A stretch of DNA of 64,000 nucleotides from Candidatus Shapirobacteria bacterium (GCA_041649835.1 JBAZML010000001.1:38722-102721), one strand, 5' to 3'; shown: positions 50,863 to 60,977, counted from the first letter of the stretch. Made by a program: numbers and translations. The notes: generated by a model from the letters alone, not told the origin.

Positions 50863-51594
50863 TTATATATTTGTTTCTGTCAATTTGGAGATTTCTGCAG
50901 CTTCATTACTGACCCGAAGTAGAGATTCAAAAGTACCAGCATCTTCCCAAGTTCCAGTAAATGTATTGACTTTTAATTCTCCTAAACCAAGATAATGTTT
51001 GTGTAAATCAACAATCTCGAATTCCCCACGAGCTGATGGTTTTAAATTTCTAGCAACTTGACAGACACGAGAATCAAAAGTATATAGACCGACAATAGCA
51101 TAATCGCTTTTGGGATTTACTGGTTTTTCTTCAATGCTTAGGACATTTTTCTTCGGGCCAAATTCTACTACTCCATATCGCTGGGGATCTTCAACTTTTT
51201 TGGCAAAAATCATACCACCTTTTTTGAATGACTTAATATCTTCCGAAAAGTTTTGTCCTAAAAATATGTTATCACCTAGAATCATCGTAACATTGTCACC
51301 ATCAATAAATTTTTCACCCAAAACAAAGGCTTCGGGAAGACCCCGGGGTTCTTTTTGAACAATATAACTAAAGTGAACACCAAATTCAGAACCGTCACCT
51401 AATAAATTTAAAAATTGTCCGGAATAATCGGGAGCGATAATTATCAAAATGTCCTTTATGCCGGCATCAATTAAGGTCTGCAAGGGATAATAAATCATCG
51501 GTTTGTTATAAACCGGAAGAAGTTGTTTACTGGTTACTAAAGTTAATGGTCTTAAACGAGTGGCTCGGCCGCCAGCTAAAATAATTCCTTTCAT
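50863..51594 (-). CDS. Sugar-1-phosphate nucleotidylyltransferase (RmlA/G1P-thymidylyltransferase-like, short form)
   Basis: MKGIILAGGRATRLRPLT…K.LLPV signature. Confidence 0.8.
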   Translation of the reverse strand: MKGIILAGGRATRLRPLTLVTSKQLLPVYNKPMIYYPLQTLIDAGIKDILIIIAPDYSGQFLNLLGDGSEFGVHFSYIVQKEPRGLPEAFVLGEKFIDGDNVTMILGDNIFLGQNFSEDIKSFKKGGMIFAKKVEDPQRYGVVEFGPKKNVLSIEEKPVNPKSDYAIVGLYTFDSRVCQVARNLKPSARGEFEIVDLHKHYLGLGELKVNTFTGTWEDAGTFESLLRVSNEAAEISKLTETNI

Positions 51595-51624
51595 ATTTTG
51601 ATTATTTTTATAAAAAATTAATAA

Positions 51625-52827
51625 CTATTTGGCTTTTTTCCAAATGATTTTATTGTAGACAAACCAATTTAAGGGAATGGTTAGACCGAATATGGCAATA
51701 ACCTGAAATATAAAAAGATGATCTCCAAAAAGCGAAGTCAGAATTCCAATAACAACGGAAGGAATGAGCACACCAGTAATCAGTGATGACAGATTAAAGG
51801 TAATAAATTTGGAAATAATCTGAGAAGATTTGGTAATTTTATCCGAAGAAAATGTCCAAATGTTGTTCCAAGTAAAGTTGGAAATAATTGCTAGCTCGGC
51901 GGCCATGGCATTGCAGACAGCATTGAGAATACTAAGATTTGATTCCGGAGTGATAAAGGCAGCTTTAAATAATTTTGCACCGACAGTATTAACCACAAAA
52001 CCAAAGCCTCCAACAACACCAAATTTAAGAAATTTTTGGGTAAATTCATCAAACCAACGAAGCTTTATAGCAACAATTAAAATGTCCTTAGCTGTTTTTG
52101 ATTCAATCTTTGACTCGCCAGCGTTTCTAACGTGAAATTCGAGAGGTACCTCCTTGAATTTGGCACCCATTTTTAATGTTTCAAAAAGGAGTTGAAGCTT
52201 GTAACCAAAACTTTTGGTTAATAAATGATTTTTGTAATCAAGATTCATTTTATCAATGAAACCTTTGACTCTGGTTACTTTTAGACCGGTGGTGGGATCG
52301 GTAACATTGAAAAAATTTTTAAAAGGAAAAAACATAATGAAGCGGGCAGTAAATCCGCCAAATTCCGAGAAAAAAACTCTTTTAAAACCCCAACCTTTTG
52401 GATTGCTTCCACCTTTAATTTTACGAGAACCAATGACATAATCATAACCCTCGTCCATGGCGTCAAGCATTATGGGAATTGTCTCTGGGGGATGTTGAAA
52501 ATCACCATCAAATTCAAAAACATAATCGGCACCCAAATTCTCCATGGCGTATTTGAAACCTTTTAAGTAAGCAGCACCAATCCCATCTTTACTGGTTTCA
52601 GTGTACAAAGTTGTATTCGAATATTTGTGAGATTTCTCTGTAACAACTTTTCCAGTACCATCAGGAGAATTTCCATCAACTACCAAGATTTTCATATCCC
52701 ATTTTTGGGGCAGAGAGGGGAAAGTTTTTGTATTGAGATACTCAATCATTTTGCCGATGTTATCGGCTTCGTTGTATGTTGGAATTACTACGACAGCGGT
52801 TTCAGAGGCCTTTTTGAGAGTCGACAT
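51625..52827 (-). CDS. GT2 (dolichyl-phosphate-mannose-synthase-like) glycosyltransferase fused to a GtrA-like membrane domain
   Basis: VVIPTYNEADNI…VVDGNSPDGT, then a 4-TM C-terminal region. Confidence 0.75.
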   Translation of the reverse strand: MSTLKKASETAVVVIPTYNEADNIGKMIEYLNTKTFPSLPQKWDMKILVVDGNSPDGTGKVVTEKSHKYSNTTLYTETSKDGIGAAYLKGFKYAMENLGADYVFEFDGDFQHPPETIPIMLDAMDEGYDYVIGSRKIKGGSNPKGWGFKRVFFSEFGGFTARFIMFFPFKNFFNVTDPTTGLKVTRVKGFIDKMNLDYKNHLLTKSFGYKLQLLFETLKMGAKFKEVPLEFHVRNAGESKIESKTAKDILIVAIKLRWFDEFTQKFLKFGVVGGFGFVVNTVGAKLFKAAFITPESNLSILNAVCNAMAAELAIISNFTWNNIWTFSSDKITKSSQIISKFITFNLSSLITGVLIPSVVIGILTSLFGDHLFIFQVIAIFGLTIPLNWFVYNKIIWKKAK

Positions 52828-52859
52828 AGATTTATCTTAACACAATGTTAAAATAGAGT

Positions 52860-53537
52860 ATGAAATTCGATATTATTACCTTATTTCCCGAAATGTTTGA
52901 GGGTGTATTTAATAAAAGTATTATCGGCAGAGCCAAGGAAAAGGACTTGGTCGAGATTAATTTACATCAAATGAGACAATGGGCGTGGAATTCGTATGGA
53001 GCAGTCGATGATAAACCATATGGAGGTGATGTCGGAATGCTGATAAGAGTGGACGTAATTGATAAAGCTATAAAAGAGATTCTAGAAACCAGAAACGAAA
53101 AAACAGAAAAAAAACCGAGAATTATTTTAACCTCAGCTAGAGGAAAAAAATTTGAACAACAAGATGCAGAAAGATTGAGTAAAGAAGAAAATATAATTAT
53201 AATTTGCGGTCACTATGAGGGTTTTGATGAAAGAATATCCGCTCTTGTTGATGAAGAAATATCAATTGGTGATTATGTGCTAACGGGTGGAGAAATTCCG
53301 GCAATGGTTATCACTGATGCAACTGCCAGACTAATACCCGGAGTTTTGGGGAAAGATGAATCTAGTCAGATAGAAAGTTTTTCCGGGCCTAATCGTCATA
53401 TCGAATTTCCTCAATATACCAGACCAGCTGAATATAATGGACAAAAAGTTCCGGAAGTATTATTGTCAGGCGATCCAAAGAAAATTAAAGAATGGCAGAA
53501 CAAACAGATTAAACAAGGATCGTTAGAGCAACAATGA
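52860..53537 (+). CDS. trmD: tRNA (guanine37-N1)-methyltransferase
   Basis: MKFDIITLFPEMF… SPOUT fold. Confidence 0.9.
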   Translation: MKFDIITLFPEMFEGVFNKSIIGRAKEKDLVEINLHQMRQWAWNSYGAVDDKPYGGDVGMLIRVDVIDKAIKEILETRNEKTEKKPRIILTSARGKKFEQQDAERLSKEENIIIICGHYEGFDERISALVDEEISIGDYVLTGGEIPAMVITDATARLIPGVLGKDESSQIESFSGPNRHIEFPQYTRPAEYNGQKVPEVLLSGDPKKIKEWQNKQIKQGSLEQQ

Positions 53538-53808
53538 CGGCAAAAAGTGATAATAGAAAGTATTCAAGAATAACGGAAAGTTGAAGATCGCCCCGACGAT
53601 GATGATGAAATAAACTCCAAATAAAATATAAAGCGGCGGTACTACAAACAAGAATACGTTCATCACGAACATCAAAATTGAGCTGAAAATAGAACAAGAG
53701 AAAGAGAGAAACCGCTAATATTATACCTAATATAAGGTAATTAAGAGAATGTTTTTTTATTTCTTTTAAAATAATCATTGAATTAAAAGATAGTCCCCTG
53801 TCGGCCAA
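53509..53808 (-). CDS. Hypothetical small membrane protein (99 aa)
   Basis: ORF with two TM segments. Its start overlaps the end of the CAP-domain gene. Confidence 0.3.
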   Translation of the reverse strand: MADRGLSFNSMIILKEIKKHSLNYLILGIILAVSLFLLFYFQLNFDVRDERILVCSTAALYFIWSLFHHHRRGDLQLSVILEYFLLSLFAVIVALTILV

Positions 53809-54685
53809 AAATAAGTAACATTAAAATAATTAAAATAAAACCGATGTGGCTAGCGGACGAACCGGTTAAGCGGTGAGTATTATTTTTTAGAGTTATATAA
53901 GAATCTATTGATAGAACGATAATGATTAGGGCAAAAATAATTGAACCGATAATTTTACTTATCAATAAAGGACTGATCATGGGGGAAACAGCACTTGTTC
54001 CAAGTGATTGATTTAAGGGAATAATTTGGGGTTCGGTAATAGTATCCAAAGCGAGGGGTGCCTCAACAACAATTTCTTCACTGGATTGGGTTGATGGTTC
54101 CTTTTTAACTGCAACCTGAGCGTTGAGAGGAGTCGCAAAATGTTGAACAACCAGAGTTGTCTTGACACCATTTAAAATTCCATTGACAACAGCGATGCCA
54201 ATCTCCTGATATTTACCATTAATGATGTTATCGCGATGGGTCGGAGAATTCATCCAGGCTTTCATCAAACCATCGGTGTCATAGAAATCTTTGGCCAAAT
54301 TCTCACCAGCAACGGAATATTTGTAACCAGAAGATTTAAAAAAATCCCAAGGAGTTTTACCCGAAGGGGAGTTGTGTGCCCAATAATTATTGGTAAACAT
54401 ATCCGTAGCTTTGGCGGCTGCAGATTGAGAAAGAACTGGATTATATTGTAAAAGTGAAAGACCCATTTTTTGTCGCTCGACATTGGTTTGAGAAAGAACC
54501 TTTTGAGTGGTAATTTCCGAAGAATAGCCAAGTATTCCGGGTTTTAACATTGTCAGTGACGAGATAATTGATTGATTAAGAAGATAAATGGCAATAAAAA
54601 TCCCCAAAAAAGAAGGGGAAAGCATCAAGGCCCGGTGATTATTTTGTTCCTGAGGAATAAAAAGTAAAGAAATAAATCTGGCCAT
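53783..54685 (-). CDS. CAP/SCP (YkwD-like) domain protein with flanking TM anchors
   Basis: …YWAHNSPSGKTPW…GENLA…W..S..HRDNI… CAP core. Confidence 0.65.
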   Translation of the reverse strand: MARFISLLFIPQEQNNHRALMLSPSFLGIFIAIYLLNQSIISSLTMLKPGILGYSSEITTQKVLSQTNVERQKMGLSLLQYNPVLSQSAAAKATDMFTNNYWAHNSPSGKTPWDFFKSSGYKYSVAGENLAKDFYDTDGLMKAWMNSPTHRDNIINGKYQEIGIAVVNGILNGVKTTLVVQHFATPLNAQVAVKKEPSTQSSEEIVVEAPLALDTITEPQIIPLNQSLGTSAVSPMISPLLISKIIGSIIFALIIIVLSIDSYITLKNNTHRLTGSSASHIGFILIILMLLIFGRQGTIF

Positions 54686-54713
54686 AATTCAGTATAGCTT
54701 TTTATGATTTTGA

Positions 54714-55319
54714 CTACAAGATACCTTTCTCTTTAAGCTGTTGACGGACATTTTTTGAATCTTCACATAATATGGTTGTAATCCCCAATTCATGGGCAGT
54801 TTCAATATTTTTTGGAGAATCATCAATAAAAACAATTTCTTTAGCATTTACTTCTAAAACATCTATCAAATTATAAAAAGCATCCCGATTGGGTTTTGCT
54901 AAACCGGTTTCGCCAGAAATTAACATCAAATCAAATATTTTATCTAAGTGTTCGACTTCCCGCATGCGCCGTCCTCCCTCTTTAGAATAATTTGAAAACA
55001 GGGCTGTTTTATAACCATCAGATTTAAGCTTTTTAATTATAAAAATAATATTTTTGTTAATTTTTTTAGGTTTTTTAACAAAAGTTAAAACTTCTTCAAG
55101 TAAAAAAATTTTATCCATATCGAAAAGAACCCGACGCCACAATTCTTCCCAAGAAATTTTTCCTATATTGTGCAGATTATTGTGACGATAATATATTTTT
55201 TTGTAATCAGCAATTTTGACATCGATAATTTTAGAAATATTCTGATCAAATTTAAGGCCTGTATCCCCAGCGACCACCCCAGCATAATCAAAAACAATGG
55301 CTTTATACTTCATATTCAA
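54714..55319 (-). CDS. HAD-superfamily hydrolase
   Basis: Motif I AIVFDYAGVV. Confidence 0.6.
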   Translation of the reverse strand: MNMKYKAIVFDYAGVVAGDTGLKFDQNISKIIDVKIADYKKIYYRHNNLHNIGKISWEELWRRVLFDMDKIFLLEEVLTFVKKPKKINKNIIFIIKKLKSDGYKTALFSNYSKEGGRRMREVEHLDKIFDLMLISGETGLAKPNRDAFYNLIDVLEVNAKEIVFIDDSPKNIETAHELGITTILCEDSKNVRQQLKEKGIL

Positions 55320-55348
55320 GAGTATATCAGCATTAAAGATTGGATAAA

Positions 55349-56224
55349 TTATTTCGTTAAACTTTCTATGTACGAGACTTTCAAAAATGTGGGTAGAAGT
55401 TTAAAGGAGGCGATGATGGCATCTAAATCTTGCTGGCCATCCGGTAAACCGCCGGCAGCCAATATCCTTTCACCGACGCCCCCTACATTAATGGGTACGG
55501 CACCTAAAATTCTTGATACATAATATTTTTGATTCGGACCGGATATCTTTCCGGAACTTAAAACAGCTTTTACCTTGGCTTCAACAACTCCATAATTTGA
55601 TGGGTTCTCAACTCTTCCGGCTGATTGGGAACAAATTATTGTGGGTTGGAGATTTCTTGATTTTGGAAGAGCCAACATAACAACACCTGTCCTGTCATTT
55701 GGCAATTCTGAATCTATTTTTTTTAAACATGAATAAACTATTTCAACGGCAGGTAAGGTTTCTCTAACTTTTTTGTTAGCTGATAAAATAGCTTTTTGGG
55801 ATATTTCAGCTCCTTCTAGTGGTTTGATATCTTCAGAAACCGTAACAACCGTCAATCCGGAGATTTTATCAATAGCAAAACCCGGAATAGTAGTAGCGTT
55901 AAAATATATTCCATAGCTAGCGGAAGATCTTTCATCATTTTTAAGTTTTTGTAATTGTCCAGATGCTGATCTACCTCCAACGACCAATGAATATTTTGCT
56001 TGTAAGATAGCTTGATTAGTCAATCTTTGTATTGATTCGTCGTATGTTTCAGTGTTTTCGCCAAATCCTTCATTATCTGAAGTTCGGACTGCCAGTGGAT
56101 AATCATAAGCAAATCCATATGTGACCCTCACAAGAGAATTTTTAACCTGATTTCGAGATAAAATTTCAGTTGCTTTGTCAGCCAATTTGGCAGCTCTAAT
56201 ATATAATTCAACACCATGTTTCAT
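55349..56224 (-). CDS. Hypothetical soluble protein (291 aa)
   Basis: No motif recognised. Co-directional with and tightly spaced to the surface cluster. Confidence 0.4.
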   Translation of the reverse strand: MKHGVELYIRAAKLADKATEILSRNQVKNSLVRVTYGFAYDYPLAVRTSDNEGFGENTETYDESIQRLTNQAILQAKYSLVVGGRSASGQLQKLKNDERSSASYGIYFNATTIPGFAIDKISGLTVVTVSEDIKPLEGAEISQKAILSANKKVRETLPAVEIVYSCLKKIDSELPNDRTGVVMLALPKSRNLQPTIICSQSAGRVENPSNYGVVEAKVKAVLSSGKISGPNQKYYVSRILGAVPINVGGVGERILAAGGLPDGQQDLDAIIASFKLLPTFLKVSYIESLTK

Positions 56225-56271
56225 ATGTTGAATATTTTACTTTGAATTTAAGTAAAAGTAAAGATTATAGG

Positions 56272-57429
56272 CTATAATTTTATTTGTTTTTCACATTTCT
56301 TTTTCAATGAAAATATTAGAGGTAAAAGAAACGAAAAAATGTTACCAAGATAATAATAAGGAAATTTTTGACAGGTGGATTTTGATAAGTAATAGTCAAA
56401 GATTAGGGATAATATAGAAATTGATAAAGTAATGAAGTGATAGGGACAAATTATTATGTTGACCATGAGCGCTAAAAGAAAAGCAAAAGGAAAAATATTG
56501 ACACAACTGACACCCTCAACACTACCAGTAGTATCTGGAACAGTATCCTGTACACCCAAGATTTCAGAGTTAAAACCGATAGCAGGTTGTTGATTTACTA
56601 AAACTTGACCATTTGGGATAGCTGACACAATATCGGAAAATATACCAGAGGCACAGCCGTTGCCAGTGCGAATCTTAAAATAATAAATAGTGTCAGCGGA
56701 AAGATTATTAATTGTATATGAGTTAATCCCCTTGCCACCAATATTTGGATTACCATATTTTCCGGCATCCGGATTATTGCTATAAGCAATTAGATAATAT
56801 GTAAAATTATCAGTAGGTTCATCCCAAAAAAGCGTAACTGTATTTTGACCACTAATAGTTCGTAAATTTTGAGGAATCTGAAAAGGTGTAGCATCACGAC
56901 ACCGAATATCGATGTCACTTGAGGTGTTTTCATTGGAAGCTATAGTGGGGACAGGAGTGACGTTTTCAGTGTCACATGTAAAATTAAAACTAATATCAAA
57001 ATAGTTGTTTTGTAATTGAAATTCATTGCCTGCCGATTGTTTTAGGGATATTGTCCAGCGATAGTCTTTATATTGATTTCCATCTATATTACCCAATTGA
57101 TGGGTTTTTTCATCAAATATGTCGCTAATTTGTCCCGAATACCAAACATCGCTTCCATTGACTACACTCAATGTTAAAACTGTTGATAAATTATTGGAAT
57201 TTAAAATTGGGTTGAATTTAAATAGAAGATTACAACTATCTGTACGATGATTTATTACTTTTAGAGTTTGCGAATTGATGAATCCGGGGACAATATTTAA
57301 TTCGTTAAAAAATGGTAATTTATGTGACTTGGTGCAGGAATCAGTAGAACAAGTAATGGTTATATCATTGCCAGCAAAAACAGGAGAAGAAAAAATGATT
57401 AAAATAATAAGAAAAATTATTATTTTCAC
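56272..57429 (-). CDS. Secreted/surface protein with a fibronectin-III-like domain and a C-terminal multi-TM anchor
   Basis: Sec signal peptide MKIIIFLIILIIFSSPVFAG. FN3-like segment …TVTLFWDEPTDNFTYYLIAYS…TIYYFKIRT…. The start overlaps the upstream gene stop by 4 nt. Confidence 0.6.
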   Translation of the reverse strand: MKIIIFLIILIIFSSPVFAGNDITITCSTDSCTKSHKLPFFNELNIVPGFINSQTLKVINHRTDSCNLLFKFNPILNSNNLSTVLTLSVVNGSDVWYSGQISDIFDEKTHQLGNIDGNQYKDYRWTISLKQSAGNEFQLQNNYFDISFNFTCDTENVTPVPTIASNENTSSDIDIRCRDATPFQIPQNLRTISGQNTVTLFWDEPTDNFTYYLIAYSNNPDAGKYGNPNIGGKGINSYTINNLSADTIYYFKIRTGNGCASGIFSDIVSAIPNGQVLVNQQPAIGFNSEILGVQDTVPDTTGSVEGVSCVNIFPFAFLLALMVNIIICPYHFITLSISILSLIFDYYLSKSTCQKFPYYYLGNIFSFLLPLIFSLKKKCEKQIKL

Positions 57430-59687
57430 AAATTAAAAATAAATGTTTTTGGCGGAAGGTCACTAAAAGTTACCGTAAAACTACTTCCTAAACCTGAGCT
57501 CGATACACATGTTCCACCACTACTACAGGTGCCTAAATAGAAATCACGAGTTGAGACCCCATCGGTATCAATTGCGTTTGGCAAAATTTGACCATAAATT
57601 TGTTGAGGACCTGAAATATCAGAATAATCAATAGTGTACGACATATCTGAAAGTGTCGTTGACAGACCTGAAATACTGAGAGTAATTTTGGAAACTGAGA
57701 GGCGAGATTCCAAATTAAAAAATGGAGGAGAATTTGTCATTACCCAAGGACCCAAGCCATCAACAATTCTTTGCCATACCGATGTACCCAAATTACTAAC
57801 CGTGGTGGAATCAACTAAATTACCGTCAACAAATAATTTTATTTCACTGAGAACTGAAATGGGGGTTGATAAAATAATATTAAAAGACTGCATGGGCGAA
57901 AGAGTACCCGATAATGAGATAGGTAAGTCGCTATTAATAACATAGGAATATTTACTTAAATCAACCGTTTCACTCTGACTGTTATTAAATAGAGTAATTA
58001 TATTTTGAGAAATTTTATTTAAAACTAATGGTGGTAATACAACGATTGATTGATGATGTATATTTTCAGTATTCTGTGCAGAATCTGTCGATGAGAAACT
58101 AACAATATTTTCCCCTGGAACAAGAATTATTGGTGATGAAGTAGAGGCTATATCTGATCCCAAATCAGTAGCAATATTATCAAAGATACTTGTCTCTCCA
58201 ACCCTGGTATCTAAAGAAAAAATATTAATATTGTCAAGATAAACCCACGAATTATAATCATCACCACTACCGGTATCAGTTAAAGAAAACAATAATTTGA
58301 AAGTTTGACCGGCAAAACTGGTTAAACTGCGGCTAAGAGTTATCCAACCGGAATCATAGTTATAATCATCAGTATTTAAGTTACCAAAATTTAAAATATT
58401 TTCTAAAATATTAGTACCAGAAAGGTCAGTAATATCAACATTAAAATGGTCATAATCTGCTATGTCATGACTAAAAAAATGATAAGAAAATTTTAACGTT
58501 GAAGATGCAGATGCGGGCAGGGAAACCGTTTGATAAAAAGAATCTGTACCATTAATAGTTTTGGCTTCAGAGCCCAAGATATAGACATTGTTGTCAAGGT
58601 CACCGTTATTAATAATGTGATGATCTCCAATAGAAGATGAAACTTGCCAACCCACCATGCCATTTTCAAAATTACCGTTAATTAAGTAATCTTGACCAGT
58701 GCAAATATGATTTGGGAGAGATTGATTGTCGAGATTGGTAGTTGGCGGAATAGTGTCAACTTTTATTTGATTGTAATAATAATCAAAGTCTTTTGTTTCG
58801 ACATTACCAGAAGAATCGGTGGCCACTGATTCGAAACTATATAATCCATCACCTTCTGGGGAGGTAAAATGAAAATTACCCATGGGGCCATAGATTGTTT
58901 CTGAAAATAACTGCCAAGAATTATAGTTGAAAGAATAATATAGTTGAATATAAGCAACAGATTCATTGTCATCAGCAGTGGACATAATATTGAAGTTGTG
59001 AATGTTTTTGGTTGAAATATCCATCAAATCTATTGATGATTCCGGTGGAGTTAACTCTCCGATAGAAAAAGTTATGCCGGAAATTAAACTAGTTGAAGTA
59101 TAAAATGCTGAAATACTTTTAGTAACCTGAACAACAAAAATACTGATAAATAACAGTAGTTGAATAATTATTTTAGGAAATTTCTTTTTTAGATTATTTT
59201 TTATCTTAAATATTTCTGAAATTATTAATAACCCTGCAGGCAAACAGATACCAAAAATAAAACCAAGTGGACGACGGAGAAGTGCAACGATATATCCAAT
59301 GTACGGTATGGAAAATTGATATCGTCCTATTACCCCAACGTCAACAACATCCCACTGATCGATTGTATTGTTATTATCTCCTTTGGTTGAAAACCGTATC
59401 GGATTTGTCGATTTTATTAAATTTATACGATGAAGAATGGTATCTTTTGAATTATTTGGCGAGGCAAAAGCAATAATGTCACCGGTTTTTAAGATATTTG
59501 GATTAATTGGTTTTACAAAAACAAGTGAACCTGATTTGATAAGTGGTTCCATTGAACCACTTACAACAACGAATGATTTGGGAATATTTTGAAAGAATGA
59601 TGGAGAAATAACAAAAAAGACAAATATTGACATGGTAAAAATAATTATCTTTTTTAAAATGTTTGAACTGTTTTTTATATTAAGCAC
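57426..59687 (-). CDS. SipW-type (archaeal/ER-type S26B) signal peptidase fused to a protein with a SipW-cognate signal and a CBM-like domain
   Basis: Residues 1-160: TM, SGSMEP (catalytic Ser box), ILHRINLI (His box), TKGDNN box, TM. Residues ~165-200: KKKFPKIIIQLLLFISIFVVQVTKSISAFYTSTSLISGITFSIGEL resembles TasA/CalY signals. Later, LINGNFENGMVGWQ has a CBM_4_9-like start. Confidence 0.75.
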   Translation of the reverse strand: MLNIKNSSNILKKIIIFTMSIFVFFVISPSFFQNIPKSFVVVSGSMEPLIKSGSLVFVKPINPNILKTGDIIAFASPNNSKDTILHRINLIKSTNPIRFSTKGDNNNTIDQWDVVDVGVIGRYQFSIPYIGYIVALLRRPLGFIFGICLPAGLLIISEIFKIKNNLKKKFPKIIIQLLLFISIFVVQVTKSISAFYTSTSLISGITFSIGELTPPESSIDLMDISTKNIHNFNIMSTADDNESVAYIQLYYSFNYNSWQLFSETIYGPMGNFHFTSPEGDGLYSFESVATDSSGNVETKDFDYYYNQIKVDTIPPTTNLDNQSLPNHICTGQDYLINGNFENGMVGWQVSSSIGDHHIINNGDLDNNVYILGSEAKTINGTDSFYQTVSLPASASSTLKFSYHFFSHDIADYDHFNVDITDLSGTNILENILNFGNLNTDDYNYDSGWITLSRSLTSFAGQTFKLLFSLTDTGSGDDYNSWVYLDNINIFSLDTRVGETSIFDNIATDLGSDIASTSSPIILVPGENIVSFSSTDSAQNTENIHHQSIVVLPPLVLNKISQNIITLFNNSQSETVDLSKYSYVINSDLPISLSGTLSPMQSFNIILSTPISVLSEIKLFVDGNLVDSTTVSNLGTSVWQRIVDGLGPWVMTNSPPFFNLESRLSVSKITLSISGLSTTLSDMSYTIDYSDISGPQQIYGQILPNAIDTDGVSTRDFYLGTCSSGGTCVSSSGLGSSFTVTFSDLPPKTFIFNL

Positions 59688-59733
59688 CTAATAGATCACA
59701 GAATATTTTCCGTGATCTATAGACGTGTAATAT

Positions 59734-60288
59734 TTACTGTTGGGTGCCAAGAAATTGAAAGGAAAGACCTGACAGAGTTTGACCAGTGTCATTGTTGTCA
59801 ATCCCATTTAAGGAAACTTTCATTTGATATTTTTGAGAATTACCATAACTTATGGAGTCAATTTCAAAACCGGTTGTTTGCCATTGAGATATAGGACCTG
59901 ATGCCAAATCAATCCACGTAGTACCGTTATATTTTTGGAAGCTGACAATAATTTTATTACCGATTACACTCCAGGAGGAAGAATTTGATGCGGGAGAATT
60001 ATCTATTAATTTTGTAAAAATATTTAAACCAATATTTGAAAGACTCGTGTTTTTTAAATAAAACTCTTGGGAACCCAAGAAACCCGGAGCCATATTAGTG
60101 TAATTAGAAACCGGTTCGAAAGTAGTATCCCAGGTATTACCATCAATACTAATTTTGAGATCGGCACTACCAGTACTAAAAGTTAAACCACTGACTGTGG
60201 CAGTAGAACTGAATAGGGCATAGGCGGATGAAGAGACCAGTCCGAGAATAAAAACTATGAGTAAAATACTTGAGACTATTTTTTTCAT
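59734..60288 (-). CDS. TasA/camelysin-like protein with a SipW-cognate-class signal peptide
   Basis: MKKIVSSILLIVFILGLVSSSAYALFSSTATVSGLTFSTGSADL. Compare B. cereus CalY GGGTFAYFSDKEVSNNTFAAGTLDL. No LPXTG. 184 aa. Confidence 0.6.
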   Translation of the reverse strand: MKKIVSSILLIVFILGLVSSSAYALFSSTATVSGLTFSTGSADLKISIDGNTWDTTFEPVSNYTNMAPGFLGSQEFYLKNTSLSNIGLNIFTKLIDNSPASNSSSWSVIGNKIIVSFQKYNGTTWIDLASGPISQWQTTGFEIDSISYGNSQKYQMKVSLNGIDNNDTGQTLSGLSFQFLGTQQ

Positions 60289-60371
60289 TAATATTTACCT
60301 TTAAATTGTCAAAAATATAACATTTGACTAGTAAATATTAATACAATGTAAGAAAGTGTACAACTAGATAA

Positions 60372-60977
60372 TCAGATTGATTTTGCTATGATTATCAAAC
60401 GGCTGAGCGTAGTACCCGGAGGCCAACAAGTCATCAAAGTTAGTGTATTAGTGTTTTGTTTATTAGATAAGTAGTTGATATCGGTGTTTTTGACAATCTT
60501 TTTTTCAGCGACTTTATATTTGTACTCACTTTTTTCATAGTTAATTGTAATTTCGTCATCCAAATCAAGCTTGTCTGTCAAATAAAAAATGGCATTAAAT
60601 TGATTGGCCTGATACCAGGAATTGGCTGAGTGAGCAAAGATAAAGATATTACCCGGGAAACCGGGGAGTCCAGAACCTTTGGCATGAGCCACCCCTTTTG
60701 TTAATGCTTTCTGATATTCAGAGGAGTTATAGGGATCAACATTTTTAACCACATTGGCATTGACACCAATTTTAGGAATTTGAATTGAAAAATCTGTGTT
60801 TATCGGTACTATTTGGTCTTTTGATGGTAGTATCTTCTGAGCTTGATAACCAAGTTCCGCCTGTGCTACAGGAAAAAAAGTTTTGACCAAAATAAATGCT
60901 GAAGCGATTACTAGTATGTATCCCAGTGGGCCAAGTATCTTATTTACGACGGGTACTTTTCTTTTTCTCCGAGACAT
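60372..60977 (-). CDS. Sortase-family transpeptidase (paralog 2)
   Basis: N-terminal TM, His in IFIFAHS, Cys in TLTLMTCWPP, Arg in LSRLIII. The start overlaps the 3' end of the adhesin gene by 38 nt. Confidence 0.8.
   Translation of the reverse strand: MSRRKRKVPVVNKILGPLGYILVIASAFILVKTFFPVAQAELGYQAQKILPSKDQIVPINTDFSIQIPKIGVNANVVKNVDPYNSSEYQKALTKGVAHAKGSGLPGFPGNIFIFAHSANSWYQANQFNAIFYLTDKLDLDDEITINYEKSEYKYKVAEKKIVKNTDINYLSNKQNTNTLTLMTCWPPGTTLSRLIIIAKSI

Noticed and set aside
57426-59687. Reading the SipW-fusion as two separate genes
   Set aside because: There is no stop codon in the frame across the junction (…SEIFKIKNNLKKKFPKIIIQ…). There is also no in-frame ATG/GTG/TTG near the second signal-like segment. 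It is kept as one CDS but flagged for read-level verification.
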